IMG/VR virus record: IMGVR_UViG_3300033142_001753
Span: 1-62,915 of that record
Direction: 5' to 3' (one strand)
DNA from: a virus
Taxonomy: Duplodnaviria; Caudoviricetes
DNA length: 62,915 nt
Every line of letters starts with the position of its first letter. The stretch's first letter is position 1. Below, in pieces: positions 17,936 to 29,300 of this stretch. Under the pieces are notes generated by a model. That model saw only the letters and a list, made by a program, of their open reading frames with translations. It made no database searches and was not told where the DNA came from. The translations under genes were made by a program, and so were the position numbers.

Positions 17936-18157
17936 AAAATGACCCGGACCCACTTCTTTAGAAAAAATAAAGTTTAAACTAGTGGGTCCGGGTCATTTAG
18001 GCTATTGGGTGTATTAACATACTGATATAATTCAATAAAACAGTGACCCACGCCTAAAAGGTGGTGGGTCACAAATTCTATAACGCGCTGATATAATTCA
18101 GTAAAATGTGGACCCACTAGTCTAAAAGTGGTGGGTCTGCAAAATAAATACTTGATT
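17885..18157. repeat. Origin-like array 2 of inverted GACCCAC/GTGGGTC boxes
   Basis: Pairs at 17887-17913, 17941-17994, 18045-18070 and 18111-18137; IHF-like boxes at 18015, 18081 and 18145; directly after the primase. Confidence 0.75.
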
Positions 18158-18202
18158 TTATAAAGAATTTTTCACTTAACTTAGTGTATTACATAATAGA
18201 TA

Positions 18203-18231
18203 TTGACAAGATGATCTTAATAAACTATAAT
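18203..18231 (+). promoter_or_regulatory. Consensus sigma70 promoter
   Basis: TTGACA-17-TATAAT, perfect match. Confidence 0.85.
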
Positions 18232-18256
18232 ATCACATCTTTTAAAAGGACATAAT

Positions 18257-18457
18257 ATGATCTACGAATATGAATGCACAGCATGCGGAACAAATCTAGA
18301 AATCAGACATGGTATACTCGAAGATCCGTTAAAAATGGTTTATTGCCCACACTGTGGCAGGATGCGACCAGCAAGAAAACTCATTTCAAAATCAAGTTTT
18401 ATCTTAAAGGGCGGGGCATGGGCCAGGGATGGATATGCGAAGAAAGTGGCAGAATAG
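18257..18457 (+). CDS. FmdB-family zinc-ribbon protein
   Basis: IYEYECTACG...CPHCG...KLIS..SFILKGGAW...GY. Confidence 0.88.
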   Translation: MIYEYECTACGTNLEIRHGILEDPLKMVYCPHCGRMRPARKLISKSSFILKGGAWARDGYAKKVAE

Positions 18458-18542
18458 CCATCTAAGCGACGCAATTCTCGGAGATGCCTAATGCATCCCT
18501 TAAACAGTTTAAACCTTATAGCAAGCAAGCGAAGCAGATAAA

Positions 18543-18887
18543 ATGGAGAATAAAATGAACTCAGATAAAAAGATTGAAAGAATAAGAGAGATTCTGGACA
18601 GTGCTGAACCAATCGGGACGATTGAAGGTCCAACCCATGTTGGCCCCCAGATATGTGACTTCACAGCGGCCGGAAAACTTCATATTAGAGAAATGTTTAA
18701 TAGAGGAGTCTTAAGAAATCGCCTTGAAGATTGTACTATAGTTATAAAGATTGAAGATCACAAGGCCCAGGTGTCCGTAAGACATGATGGAATAACAGTC
18801 AATGAATTCAAGCCTGTTGACCCTGATTTTTCGACTACAAACTTTGAGTTTACCGGGGTATCACTGCCCATAATGTTGGAGTGGTAA
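18543..18887 (+). CDS. Hypothetical protein
   Basis: ORF in the rightward operon. Confidence 0.65.
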   Translation: MENKMNSDKKIERIREILDSAEPIGTIEGPTHVGPQICDFTAAGKLHIREMFNRGVLRNRLEDCTIVIKIEDHKAQVSVRHDGITVNEFKPVDPDFSTTNFEFTGVSLPIMLEW

Positions 18888-18888
18888 G

Positions 18889-19212
18889 GTGAAGAAAAAA
18901 ACACCTTCGAAGAAACGGATTGAAGAGATATATCGAATAGATTTCGACACCTTCTCACGAAAGATTATAGAGGTATACGATATTTCACCGAATGGAGAGA
19001 AGGTAAAAACGGCCAAGGGATGGGTTCCTTCTTCAAGACCTGATATTATCACCCAGCGTCCTCCGAGGGGTGGTTTCATAACAAAAGACCAGATTGACAA
19101 AGGTATAATGGCCGAAAGAGATTTTTTGAAGGAAAAGAAGCACAGTAATAGCGCTGAATACTTAGTGGCCCTAAAATATCCTATCAAGGAATGGCTGGAG
19201 TGCAAGATATGA
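18889..19212 (+). CDS. Hypothetical protein
   Basis: Abuts the previous gene. Confidence 0.6.
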   Translation: MKKKTPSKKRIEEIYRIDFDTFSRKIIEVYDISPNGEKVKTAKGWVPSSRPDIITQRPPRGGFITKDQIDKGIMAERDFLKEKKHSNSAEYLVALKYPIKEWLECKI

Positions 19213-19333
19213 GTGGCAGATGTTTTGATTATGCACAATATCGCATGGAAGATATTGTGGTAGAGATAGATAGACTAATTGACGAAAATAATGATACAGA
19301 ATGGGACGAAGAGGTTTGCGAATAAGGAATAGT

Positions 19334-20554
19334 ATGAAAACAAAAAAACAAAATTATTGTGTAGATTGCGGTAAAGAGATAGGTCCAAAATCAAGGAGGT
19401 GCGGCTCCTGTTCTCAGAGCGGTAAAAATAATTCCCGGTACATAGACGGTGCTAACTGTTCAGGTCCAGTAGAAGAAACAGCAACCGAGAAAACAAAACT
19501 TGATCTCAAAAAAGAAAAAATGTCTGAAATTATCAAGGAGCTTAAAAGGGAAAACACTTACCTTAGAAAACAAAGGGTAACAGATGAAGATGTTAAAAAG
19601 TATTTATTAAAGATTAAAGAAAGTCCCCCCGTCATCCCGACATGGACCCAAGTTTTTAGTCAAGGTTCAGGTGGGATAACAGGAGTTCCAGCTATACAGT
19701 TATCAGACTGGCATCTGGGTGAAACTGTTTTCCCAGAACAAGTATTTCATAAGAATGAATATAATACAGAGATAGGGAAAGCTAGGGCCAGGCAGCTATG
19801 CAACAACCTGATAGATGTATTAACAAACCATCTCTTTTCTTCGGCTGGCTATCCAGGGATAGTTGTTTGTTTGAACGGTGACTTTTTCTCAGGTAACATT
19901 CATGATGAATTGACTGCGACAAACGACAAATCTATCATGCAAGTCTTCCTCGAAGCGCTTGGTATCCTCATTTGGTTTTTGAATCAGCTTGAGAAAACAG
20001 TAAAAAATATTATGGTTGTTTGCGCCGCCGGGAACCATAGCCGGACTACAAAGAAGATGCCCTTCAAAAACATGGCATACACAAATTTTGATTGGTTACT
20101 ATATCAGCTACTCGACAAGCACTTTGAAGATAATGATAATATTCAGTTTAATATTGCATCGGGGAGTGATATTCAATTCAAAATTTACAATCACAGATAC
20201 CGGATGACCCATGGCGGACAATTCAGGGGAGGTCAGGGATTTGTTGGGCCATTTGCCCCTATAACCAGGGGAGAAATAAAAAAGAGGGCCGCTGCAGAAA
20301 CTTACGGCGAGAACTATGATACCCTGATTATAGGACACTTCCATCAGCTCATGTTTCTCAATAGGGTAATTGTCAATGGCTCGCTTATTGGATTTAATGA
20401 AATGGCTATGGACTGTAACTTTCCCTACGAACCGCCGAGGCAGGCTTTGTGGATCACTCACCCCCAGAGGGGTATCACTGTAAATATGCCAATTTATTGT
20501 GACACAAAGAGTATCGAACTCCCCAAAACGGAATGGGTATCTTGGAAAAAATAA
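19334..20554 (+). CDS. Calcineurin-like metallophosphoesterase with N-terminal Zn finger
   Basis: SDWH, GDFF, GNHSR, THG, GHFH; CVDC/CGSC; start MKTKK after AAGGA. Confidence 0.88.
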   Translation: MKTKKQNYCVDCGKEIGPKSRRCGSCSQSGKNNSRYIDGANCSGPVEETATEKTKLDLKKEKMSEIIKELKRENTYLRKQRVTDEDVKKYLLKIKESPPVIPTWTQVFSQGSGGITGVPAIQLSDWHLGETVFPEQVFHKNEYNTEIGKARARQLCNNLIDVLTNHLFSSAGYPGIVVCLNGDFFSGNIHDELTATNDKSIMQVFLEALGILIWFLNQLEKTVKNIMVVCAAGNHSRTTKKMPFKNMAYTNFDWLLYQLLDKHFEDNDNIQFNIASGSDIQFKIYNHRYRMTHGGQFRGGQGFVGPFAPITRGEIKKRAAAETYGENYDTLIIGHFHQLMFLNRVIVNGSLIGFNEMAMDCNFPYEPPRQALWITHPQRGITVNMPIYCDTKSIELPKTEWVSWKK

Positions 20555-20563
20555 GGAGATATT

Positions 20564-20932
20564 ATGACTGGTACAAAAGATGATCAAGAAAAAACGAGAC
20601 TAGACCTTATCCCCGGCGAGGCCCTAGAAATGATAGGCCAAGCCTTTACGCATGGTGCCAGTAAATATGATGACCATAACTGGAGAGGCGGTATAAAATA
20701 TTCCAGACTTTATGGAGCCACTTTAAGGCATCTCTTTGCCTATTGGGGCGGTGGGGAAACTGATAAAGACAGTGGACTATCTCACCTATCTCTGGCCGGC
20801 GCTGAATTGTGTATGCTTATGGCAATGGACAAGGAGTACGATGATAGATATTCCAGCAACTTCACCATAAACAAGGATCTGATTAAAGATGAATGGGAAG
20901 CTTTCTGGCAGGTAGATATCATAATTAAGTAA
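20564..20932 (+). CDS. dATP/dGTP diphosphohydrolase domain protein (DUF5664-like)
   Basis: KDDQEKTRLDLIP, GASKYDDHNWRGG, LRHL, DKDSGLSHL. Confidence 0.85.
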   Translation: MTGTKDDQEKTRLDLIPGEALEMIGQAFTHGASKYDDHNWRGGIKYSRLYGATLRHLFAYWGGGETDKDSGLSHLSLAGAELCMLMAMDKEYDDRYSSNFTINKDLIKDEWEAFWQVDIIIK

Positions 20933-21144
20933 AGTGAGGCAATATGAATAAAGAAATAATATTTCCAGAATTAGATAAGGCCGTGGTGTGGGAATGAAAT
21001 AGAAGACCAGTATAGAAAGTCGGAAACAGTAAAAAAACAGAGGAAAAGATAAAAGCAAATGTGCAGATTGTTGTTTTGCAAGAAAGAATTAACCTCAACC
21101 GATGACACCTAAATATCAAGCAATTTAAATACCGGAGGAAAAAA

Positions 21145-22053
21145 ATGTGTGAGTTTTTAAGTTGGATAGAATTACCAAATGGCGAACTTAAATATATCTC
21201 GAATTTTGAGCTCAATACAAGAAACGGACAGAAACTAAAAAAAGATTTGGGAATAAATTTTAGGGAAGAAATTGTAGGTCACGGCGCAATCAAGGCTTAT
21301 TTTGGTTTGAAGAATAAAGCAGGAAAAGATTGCGAATGCACCGACTTTTCGAGTCCTGACAATTTCCCCAAAGAGATAGCAAAAAAAATTAAATCAGGTG
21401 ACTTTAGTCAGATCGGATTGAATCGTCAACTATTAACAGGTCCGGCTTGGGAGCAATATGAGAAAGTTAGGGGTCCGGCTTGGGAGCAATATAAGAAGGT
21501 TGAGGGTCTGGCTCAGGAGCAATATGAGAAGGTTAGGGGTCTGGCTCTGGAGCAATATAAGAAGGTTGAGGGTCTGGCTCTGGAGCAATATGAGAAAGTT
21601 AAGGGTCTGGCTCAGGAGCAATATAAGAAGGTTAAGGGTCCGGCTTGGGAGCAATATGAGAAGGTTAGGGGTCCGGCTTGGGAGCAATATGAGAAAGTTA
21701 AGGGTCCGGCTTTGGAGCAATATAAGAAGGTTGAGGGTCTGGCTTGGGAGCAATATGAGAAGGTTGAGGGTCCGGCTTGGGAGCAATATGAGAAGGTTAG
21801 GGGTCTGGCTCAGGAGCAATATAAGAAGGTTAAGGGTCCGGCTTGGGAGCAATATGAGAAGGTTAGGGGTCCGGCTCTGGAGCAATATGAGAAAGTTAAG
21901 GGTCTGGCTCTGGAGCAATATAAGAAGGTTAAGGGTCCGGCTTGGGAGCAATATGAGAAGGTTGAGGGTCTGGCTCAGGAGCAATATAAGAAGGTTAAGC
22001 TAAGTATATTCTGGAAATTATTTTCAAATTCTCAGAATAGGCCGTGGCGGTGA
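21145..22053 (+). CDS. Protein with 17 x 11-aa helical repeats
   Basis: GGAGG RBS; unique N- and C-termini flank G[PL]A[WQL]EQY[EK]KV[REK] repeats. Confidence 0.85.
   Translation: MCEFLSWIELPNGELKYISNFELNTRNGQKLKKDLGINFREEIVGHGAIKAYFGLKNKAGKDCECTDFSSPDNFPKEIAKKIKSGDFSQIGLNRQLLTGPAWEQYEKVRGPAWEQYKKVEGLAQEQYEKVRGLALEQYKKVEGLALEQYEKVKGLAQEQYKKVKGPAWEQYEKVRGPAWEQYEKVKGPALEQYKKVEGLAWEQYEKVEGPAWEQYEKVRGLAQEQYKKVKGPAWEQYEKVRGPALEQYEKVKGLALEQYKKVKGPAWEQYEKVEGLAQEQYKKVKLSIFWKLFSNSQNRPWR
21439..21999 (+). repeat. 33-bp tandem repeat, 17 units
   Basis: Consensus ggtcYggctNNggagcaatatRagaaRgttRRg. Confidence 0.95.
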
Positions 22054-22054
22054 T

Positions 22055-22252
22055 ATGAACTTTATACAAATACGAGGATTGTCAATAAATCCCAAGCATG
22101 CAAGTAATGTTGTGTCTAGTAACTTGACCAGGACACAGGTTCCTACAATTTGCGTGAATTTTAAACGGCCATTAGCAGATATAATTTTTCTTTTTAGGAC
22201 TAAAAAGGAAAGAGATAACAAGTTCAACGATATAAGAAAAAGGCAGGAATAA
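22055..22252 (+). CDS. Hypothetical protein
   Basis: Packed in the operon. Confidence 0.55.
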   Translation: MNFIQIRGLSINPKHASNVVSSNLTRTQVPTICVNFKRPLADIIFLFRTKKERDNKFNDIRKRQE

Positions 22253-22255
22253 AAA

Positions 22256-22441
22256 ATGACAAAAACATGGTATAAAAATTTGTTAAATCAGATACAGGCC
22301 CTGGCCCCAATGTGTAACTTTGAGATACCCGAGATTTTATGTACCAATGAAGAACTCTATTACAGAGATCTTTATAAATGGACAAATGGGATACTAACAG
22401 ATATGATTAACTTAGCATCTGGCAAGGTGAGCTTACAATAA
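22256..22441 (+). CDS. Hypothetical protein
   Basis: Packed in the operon. Confidence 0.55.
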   Translation: MTKTWYKNLLNQIQALAPMCNFEIPEILCTNEELYYRDLYKWTNGILTDMINLASGKVSLQ

Positions 22442-22461
22442 CTTAAACCAGGCTATCATTA
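22428..22461. repeat. 34-bp direct repeat, copy 1 (copy 2 at 22732-22765)
   Basis: tgagcttacaataacttaaaccaggctatcatta is identical in both places. Confidence 0.92.
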
Positions 22462-22480
22462 AGTCTAAAAGGATTGTATT

Positions 22481-22684
22481 ATGAAATTAAAAGAGTTTGC
22501 AGCAAATATTAATAAAATGCTCGCTGATCGTCCAGAAACCGCCGACTTTGAAGTCGTTGCGTCTGAAGATGATGAAGGCAATGAATATAACCCTGTTTAT
22601 TATACGCCATCAGTTGGTAACTATAACAATGAGGAGCGAGAGTTCGAAAACGAAGTTAAGCTAAACGCAATATGCATAAATTAA
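22481..22684 (+). CDS. Hypothetical phage protein
   Basis: SEDDEGNEY motif typical of small phage proteins; AAGGA RBS. Confidence 0.8.
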   Translation: MKLKEFAANINKMLADRPETADFEVVASEDDEGNEYNPVYYTPSVGNYNNEEREFENEVKLNAICIN

Positions 22685-22736
22685 CAAGTAAACTCAACTA
22701 TGTATGTCGGTTAATAGTTTTAGCTGCCAAATGAGC

Positions 22737-22958
22737 TTACAATAACTTAAACCAGGCTATCATTATCCCAAGTAGGGTTGTAAAGACAGCCCCTATCCGG
22801 CCAAGGCATGTTATGTTACCCTCACATTTTTGTACCCTATCTTCAATCTCATTTGCCTTATCTATCTTTACAGAGATGCCATCGAGCATATCAAATAGCA
22901 TGGCATCTCTGTTCTTTGGATCTTCAGCCTTTAAGAAAGATTCTTTTGTTATTTCCAC
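22737..22958 (-). CDS. Membrane-anchored protein, holin/XhlA-like candidate
   Basis: Coiled coil plus single C-terminal TM; last gene of the virion arm. Confidence 0.55.
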   Translation of the reverse strand: MEITKESFLKAEDPKNRDAMLFDMLDGISVKIDKANEIEDRVQKCEGNITCLGRIGAVFTTLLGIMIAWFKLL

Positions 22959-22960
22959 AA

Positions 22961-23353
22961 TTATTCCTCAGTGTAATAAATGATAGCCCTCGTTGTAACA
23001 TTACCGACTGTATAGGTTGTATTGGTTAATCTAACCTTTTCATCTACAGCGCCGAGAAGATTCAAATGAGAGAATGAGCAACATAAAGGATTGTTCACAT
23101 TCACATGACGATAACTGCATACTATTTTAGCAGGAACAGTAATGTGCCCCTCGCCCTGGCATAAGGTAGCACGTACGGTAGAAGTAAGGTTATCCAGGAC
23201 AGTGCTGCAAGCATGATAACCGAGTATCCTAATTCTTTTACCGCTTGCTGGTGTCAAGTCAGCAGTGGCCGCTGTAGTAGTCACCCTCAGCTCGATCATC
23301 TTCATTTCGGGTGGAAGAACAGCATCTATATAAAATTTATTTCTCATGTCCAT
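22961..23353 (-). CDS. Hypothetical virion-associated protein
   Basis: Beta-rich ORF in the late operon. Confidence 0.65.
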   Translation of the reverse strand: MDMRNKFYIDAVLPPEMKMIELRVTTTAATADLTPASGKRIRILGYHACSTVLDNLTSTVRATLCQGEGHITVPAKIVCSYRHVNVNNPLCCSFSHLNLLGAVDEKVRLTNTTYTVGNVTTRAIIYYTEE

Positions 23354-26300
23354 ATCTTTTCTCCTCTAATCTTGCTTTTAATATTGTTATTTTGAGACGA
23401 TTTCTTACAATCTCCCGCCCCCTTTCTTGTACCCTCTTGACTGCAAATGCTTTTTTCTTATCACTCCACCCCTGCCACCTGGCCTGTGACATCAGGCGGT
23501 CTACAGCCTTTTTAATTATTGCACTTGTGTCCGCTATGTAACGGTTGTACTGTTCATCGTCCAATTTTACTTTTCTTCCACGCCCAAAGTTTATACTCCG
23601 AGATGGTTTCTTAGATTGAGACAAAACATCGGCTCCTACCAAGCGATTAATCTCTGCCTGGGTAGCATTCATCTCAGCAGTAGTACCGAGTACCCCGCTC
23701 CAGATACTATCGACTACGCCATCTGTTTTATCCGCTTTTTTGAGAAATTTTCTAATCTTCTCTGTTCTTTCTTTTTCTAATCTTTGGATAGTCCTTTTCC
23801 TGCCCGGTGTCTCTTCCTCGCCCTTTATTTTATTGATATTAATTCTACTTCTATTCAAACCTGCCTGCAAGGATTTGACTGCCTGAAGTTCTTTAAGTTC
23901 TTCCCAGTGTTTTCTCCTGTAATCCCCCTTATCTTTAGCCTTTTCAAAACCTTCTTCTATTTTATTTAAATGTGCCTTGCGCTTTCTTAGTCTTCTATTC
24001 CACAGGTCTTCTCTTTTGCTGACTCCCCGGCCCAGGTGCCAATATGCAAGTTTGCCTACTACCGGAACAGATCCTAATACCTCAAGTCCTTTCTCATCAC
24101 CTGTGGTGATAATATCTTTCCCTAGGGAATCAATGAATTTGAACGGGGGTAATACCTGTCTTGCCAGGGCGCTGCCGACACCCTCCGTCCTGGCTTTCCA
24201 AGTAACAAATTTTGAGACTCCAACAAGTCGTAACAGGTTGTCGATCATCCTGTCCGAAAAGTCTGTTTTACGTCCGAGTACCCAATCCTTTAGTTCATCT
24301 GCCCCCGCATTAGCAAGGACAAAGAGCATACAGAGCATAATAAGATTTTTCATACCCTGTATCTTTTCTTTACGATCCCCATTCTTTATTTTGTAGTATG
24401 CTTCATTTCTAAAGACATCAAATACTTTCAGTGTAAAGGTTTTTAGCATATAAAATAAGCGGCCATTGCCAGCATCAAGATATTTCTGTGGCATCTCGGA
24501 TAAGCCCACTGGTTGGAAGTCAAGGAGTCTGCTGTAAACAAGAAGCTTGACATTCTCTGACGTCTCGTCATTCAAGAGATCTTCAATAACGCTATCAGTT
24601 TCAAACTCAAAGATAGGTTTTAATTCTTTCCTGAGTGCATTTGGGTTTTTCTTAGCTTGCCTCTGGTATTTTTCCAGAGCAGCCATCATAAGGGATTCTT
24701 TTCCAATCGCATCAATCTTCTCAAGACCGACTATCTTGAAGACCTTTGTAACCGCCATACCTAATGCACCAGAATCGGCAAATTCTTGAGCTATTCGATC
24801 AACGCCAACATCTGCCCTAGTTATTTTTGCCTTGCCAATGGCTGCCTTGCTGGCATAGCCCAAAAGGCGGACGAGACCCCCCTCGTATGCAGCCCATGCA
24901 AGATCCCCAATCTGTGTGAGTGCTGATATCGGGGACCCCATTGTATCAATGTATGACAAGTTTTTGTATGCCTGAATCAGGCCCCTAGTACCGGCTTCGT
25001 GGAATCTTGCGTTCAATATCTCATTTACAATCCGTTCATGGTGTGGACTAATCTCCTTAGCCTCAATCAATTCCAGAACATAGGCGCCTACATTTTCTGT
25101 ATAATCTCTTTGCGTGGCGTACTTGGCAATATGTGCGGTATATGCTTTTTCAAGTCCTATATATTTGTTGCGGCGTCTTTTGAGTTTTGCGGCTTCTTCC
25201 TCCGTTGGCTTAGCTTTTAACAGCTCATTCATTTCTCGTATCTTAGACTGTGCGGCATACAGTCTTGTCCGCATTTTGGCTACCTTCTTTGGTATTTTAC
25301 CGAAGAATTTTCTTGTCTCGATACCTTTTCTCATGCTATGCAAATGTTGCATCAGGGCTGCATCTGAGTCCATATAATATTGATTAAGCTCGGGCGGTAT
25401 CTTTTCTAATTTGCGCTGCTTGGTCGCAGGTACACCACTCAAGCCACTCCATCCGCCCAGGATCGTATTGGATATAATATCTGCCTTTATGTCATTTGGC
25501 ATCTTCGCTACAGTGATACCGAGTTCATTTGCACGTTCTTGCAGTTGTCTGGAATACAAAGGCCATCCAGGGTCTTTGCCGATAGCAACCAAAAAACCTT
25601 CGGTATCCTTTAATATCCTTGGTGCATATTCTTCTATTTCTCCAATATCTAAGCCAGCATCGATACCCTCTAATCTTAAACGACCGAGAACTTCACGGTA
25701 TGCTAGGTATTCTTTTTGCATATCGTATTTAGTTACAAGTTCGTTAATCTTTGCAATGTCAGAATTCTTTCTCGCATAATCCCAATCGGCAAAATCTTCT
25801 TTGCTCATTTTTTTTGCTTTTATGAGAAGGGGTTTCACTGCCTTGACATCAGCGTTGTATTTTGTATTAATGTTAAAGTCAAGGCGTCTCATCTTCGCTT
25901 TTAATTTTGGGCTGACCTGCCCTAATCGGGTTGAGATAGAGCCAAGATATTTGTCGATGCCTTCCACTATCTCTGATGCGACCCGCTTCATGTTTGACGT
26001 TGCTGCAAGTTTTATGTTTCTGTTTGTCTTTCTGTTTGCCAGATATTCGTTCGCAGCAATCGGTTCCGTCTTACGTATAATTTCTCCCCCGTCTTTTGCA
26101 CTCTTAATGAGATCATCGGCCCAGGATTGGAGGTCTTTTTTCTCTGCTGTAGAATAAAATACTTCACGGCTTCCCTCCACAGGCGCTTTATAAGCTTCCT
26201 TAATTTCCCCCCTCATAGCACTTGCGGCCAGGGCCACATAATCATCCATCACAAAAACATCTGGCTTTACACCAAAGTATTTAACGGCCCATAATCTCAT

Positions 26301-29300
26301 ACGTGCGATAATTTTCCGATGCAAGGGTAGGTCTATATTTGCATGCTCTTCCGTGAAGTAGGCCACGGCCTCCTCATTAATAAGGTCCGCACGTGTCCCA
26401 TAAGGTACTCTACGCATGGCTTGACTTACAGCCTTGCCCAATGGAGTCATTTTTCCATTATTCGCTACGAAGGCAGCAAAGACTTCCTTGGCAAGCTTCT
26501 CACCAAAGATTTTGTTATACCCCAGGTGGACTCCCAGCTCATGCATCAGGACGCCCCAAGCTTTGCCCTCGTTTATATTCTCAGGTATAAGATAAACAGT
26601 GCCGTCTTTAAAGAAACCCTGGTCCTTACTTGCCCTGGCATAGCCGATTATGTCAGTCTGCTCTTCCTTGGTTATGAAGATAACTTTTTTGGTTCTTTCT
26701 AAAGCATCGACCGCTTTTTGTCCTATGCGCTTAGCTATCTCGGCTTTTGCTGTATCGACGGTGAGGTTCTTACCTTGCGCTTTGCCCTCTGCGAAAAGAG
26801 GCTGCCCCGCTGTTTGGATAGCATCCTTCATGGCTGGCGTTATGTTGAGGATGTGAGCGTCTTTAGTTTTTATAATATCGGCTCCGGTATCAATTACGGT
26901 AAGATTTTCCTCTGAAGCTATATCTTCGGCCTGGAATTCAGTTTGTACTTTACGGACTATGTTTCCTTCACTGTCAACAAGATGAAATCTGTCAACTTTT
27001 GGCTTCTCTCCCGCTACCACCTCCCCTTTTCCAACTTTAGTTCCCCACTTCTTACCATACTTCTTTAAAAAACCAGGTATTTTTTGATCATAGATGATTT
27101 TATAAAACTCGCCGCCCAAGGTCAGGTCTTTGCCTTCGAACTTGCCTGAATTTTCAGAAGACTCACGGATCTTGTTCGCAAGCTCTTTACCTATAAGATT
27201 ATTTAGGGTAACTTTTTGACCGTTTATTATAGTTTCACCTTGGAGGAGAATATTCTCATCAAAAACATAATGGCCGTCCTTTTCTCCACTAATTTTGACC
27301 TTTTCTCCCCTCTTGCTCCATCCAATCTTATCAACACTTTTCCGAAGCGCACTCTCCCACCGGTCAACCTGCGTCTTTGCGGTATCCCATGAGATTCCGT
27401 CAAAGTCATTCTTGACAGCATATTCAAGAGCTTTCTTAGCCACTAACTCATGCCAGTTTTCTCCCCAAGGAAATAGCCTTTTTAGATTGGCGAGTTCTTT
27501 GGCAGAAGGACCCGGCTTATCAGTAGCAAGAATTATTTTCCCCGCCCGTTCAGCCTCAAGCTCAACGATCCGACTGTAAATATCACTCTGGAACTCAACT
27601 ATATGAAAAATTCGTTTGCCGTCTACTATGCGGGTATCACCCCGCATATGGGCTATTACGTTGGGCTCGTCCCAGTGGGCTGATTTATAGATTTTGCTCT
27701 TTTCTGTTTCATATTTTTTGCTTATTTTTATACGTTTTTCTTCTGGCAAAGCAAAAAAATCAATCCTAGACATATCCAACCAATCAAAAAAGTGGGAGGG
27801 CACCGATGCCTTTGGCACTCTCAATACTAACTCCCGATATGTACCAGGCTCACCGCCGGGGAGGACATATTCTGCGAATTTGGTATCCCTGATTCCAATA
27901 TTTTTTGCCGCACGAAGAGCTGCGTCTTTCGCGCCATCAAGGGTATCATATATATCTCGCGTGCCCCCCAGACCTTCATAGATATATTTTCCGTTTGATG
28001 GTAAATATTCAATCTTTCCTATATTAAATTCAGAAGATGGTTTATAGATGTTCCCACGCTTCATCCATCCTAATCTTTTATGAGTTAAGGCTTCTCCTTT
28101 CTCAATCTCCTCAACCCGAATTTCGTTCATCCGCAGGAAGTCAACAACCTCAGCCTTAGTAACCCTGTCTTTGCCCTCCAGCCACTCAGCGAGGCTGGAT
28201 ACATCTATCTCTACCTGCTTTACTCCCGCACCCCTCTTGAGCTGATTGATGACAGACTTGGCCGGTAACTTGGCCGGAAATTTCGGAGATTCCGCTGCGC
28301 GGGTAAGTGCTGAGTACATATCAGGTACTCTACTGAAAAGTACAGGACGAGTAGCGAGCTTCACCTTTTCCCCGGCATAAAATCTTTCTATATCATTTTT
28401 TATTTCAGATAAGGTAGTTCCCTTCTGGTATTCATTGCCAGAGGTCCTATCTGGATCTAAATAATAAGTATCTCTCTGCTCCCCTAATCCATCTCCGAGG
28501 TCTATAACAAGTTCCCCGCGATGAGCCCTAACAAGCTCATCTATTTTTTTGTACTGAGCAGGAGTCGGCTCCACCAATATATCAACCATACCAGTGTTAG
28601 AATCCATTCTAATGTTCCCAAGGGCCATAAATTCCTGCATACCAAGGGTGCCGCCCGCCTCCCTGTGATCATAGCTCCGTGTGCCAGGTTCGCCACCTTC
28701 ACGCTTTCCGGATAGGTCGATCAAGCCGCCTTCGGGGGTTATGTAGCCGGCTTCTCTTATGTCGGTAGTTTTGCCTAGCTCTCTTATTCTATCCCAGTCA
28801 ACATTGGCAGCAGAAACTTTCTTTTCCTTTTTAATTTTTAATTTCTTTTTGCGTACCTCTGCTCCCTTCCAAGCTCTTTCGTAGGCATCTGCCCAATCTG
28901 GATGATGGATTTCCCTATCTTTATTCATCTTACCCTTGGCATATTTACCATCTCCCAGGGAACGTCCCACGAGATGTTGGTGAATATCCTCCTTGCCTCT
29001 AACATCATATCCAAGACTTTTCAGATATCTGTTCATTTTGCTCAAAACTTCATCGGTCAACGAACCTAGTCTCACATAGACAGGACCAGGAGCTCCTGTT
29101 GGCTGTTCACTAAACTTGGCCTCATGTTCAAACACTCCACGAGCAGGCTCTACCTCCTTCGCAGGCTCTTCTTTTTTTTCTGCTGCTATGATTTTTGCCT
29201 GTTCAGGGACCCAATTCTTCATCAAGTTCTTTAACTTAACCTTTGCATCATCTGGAACTTTATTCCATTTTGACTTAATTATTTCTTTGCCTTCGGCGGA

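Noticed and set aside
19334-20554. Phosphoesterase as Mre11/SbcD partner of the Rad50-like ATPase, or as an anti-CBASS nuclease
   Set aside because: It is unlinked and on the opposite strand from the ATPase. Its calcineurin-like fold differs from Acb1 (2H) and Apyc1 (MBL). The substrate cannot be inferred.
20564-20932. Z-genome (2-aminoadenine) pathway
   Set aside because: The diphosphohydrolase is present, but no PurZ-like synthetase or dedicated polymerase is visible.
21433-22003. Extra 181-aa (+) and 183-aa (-) ORFs over the 33-bp array; possible CRISPR array
   Set aside because: The open frames are a by-product of a stop-free repeat unit and end at the array edges. There are no unique spacers and no cas genes.
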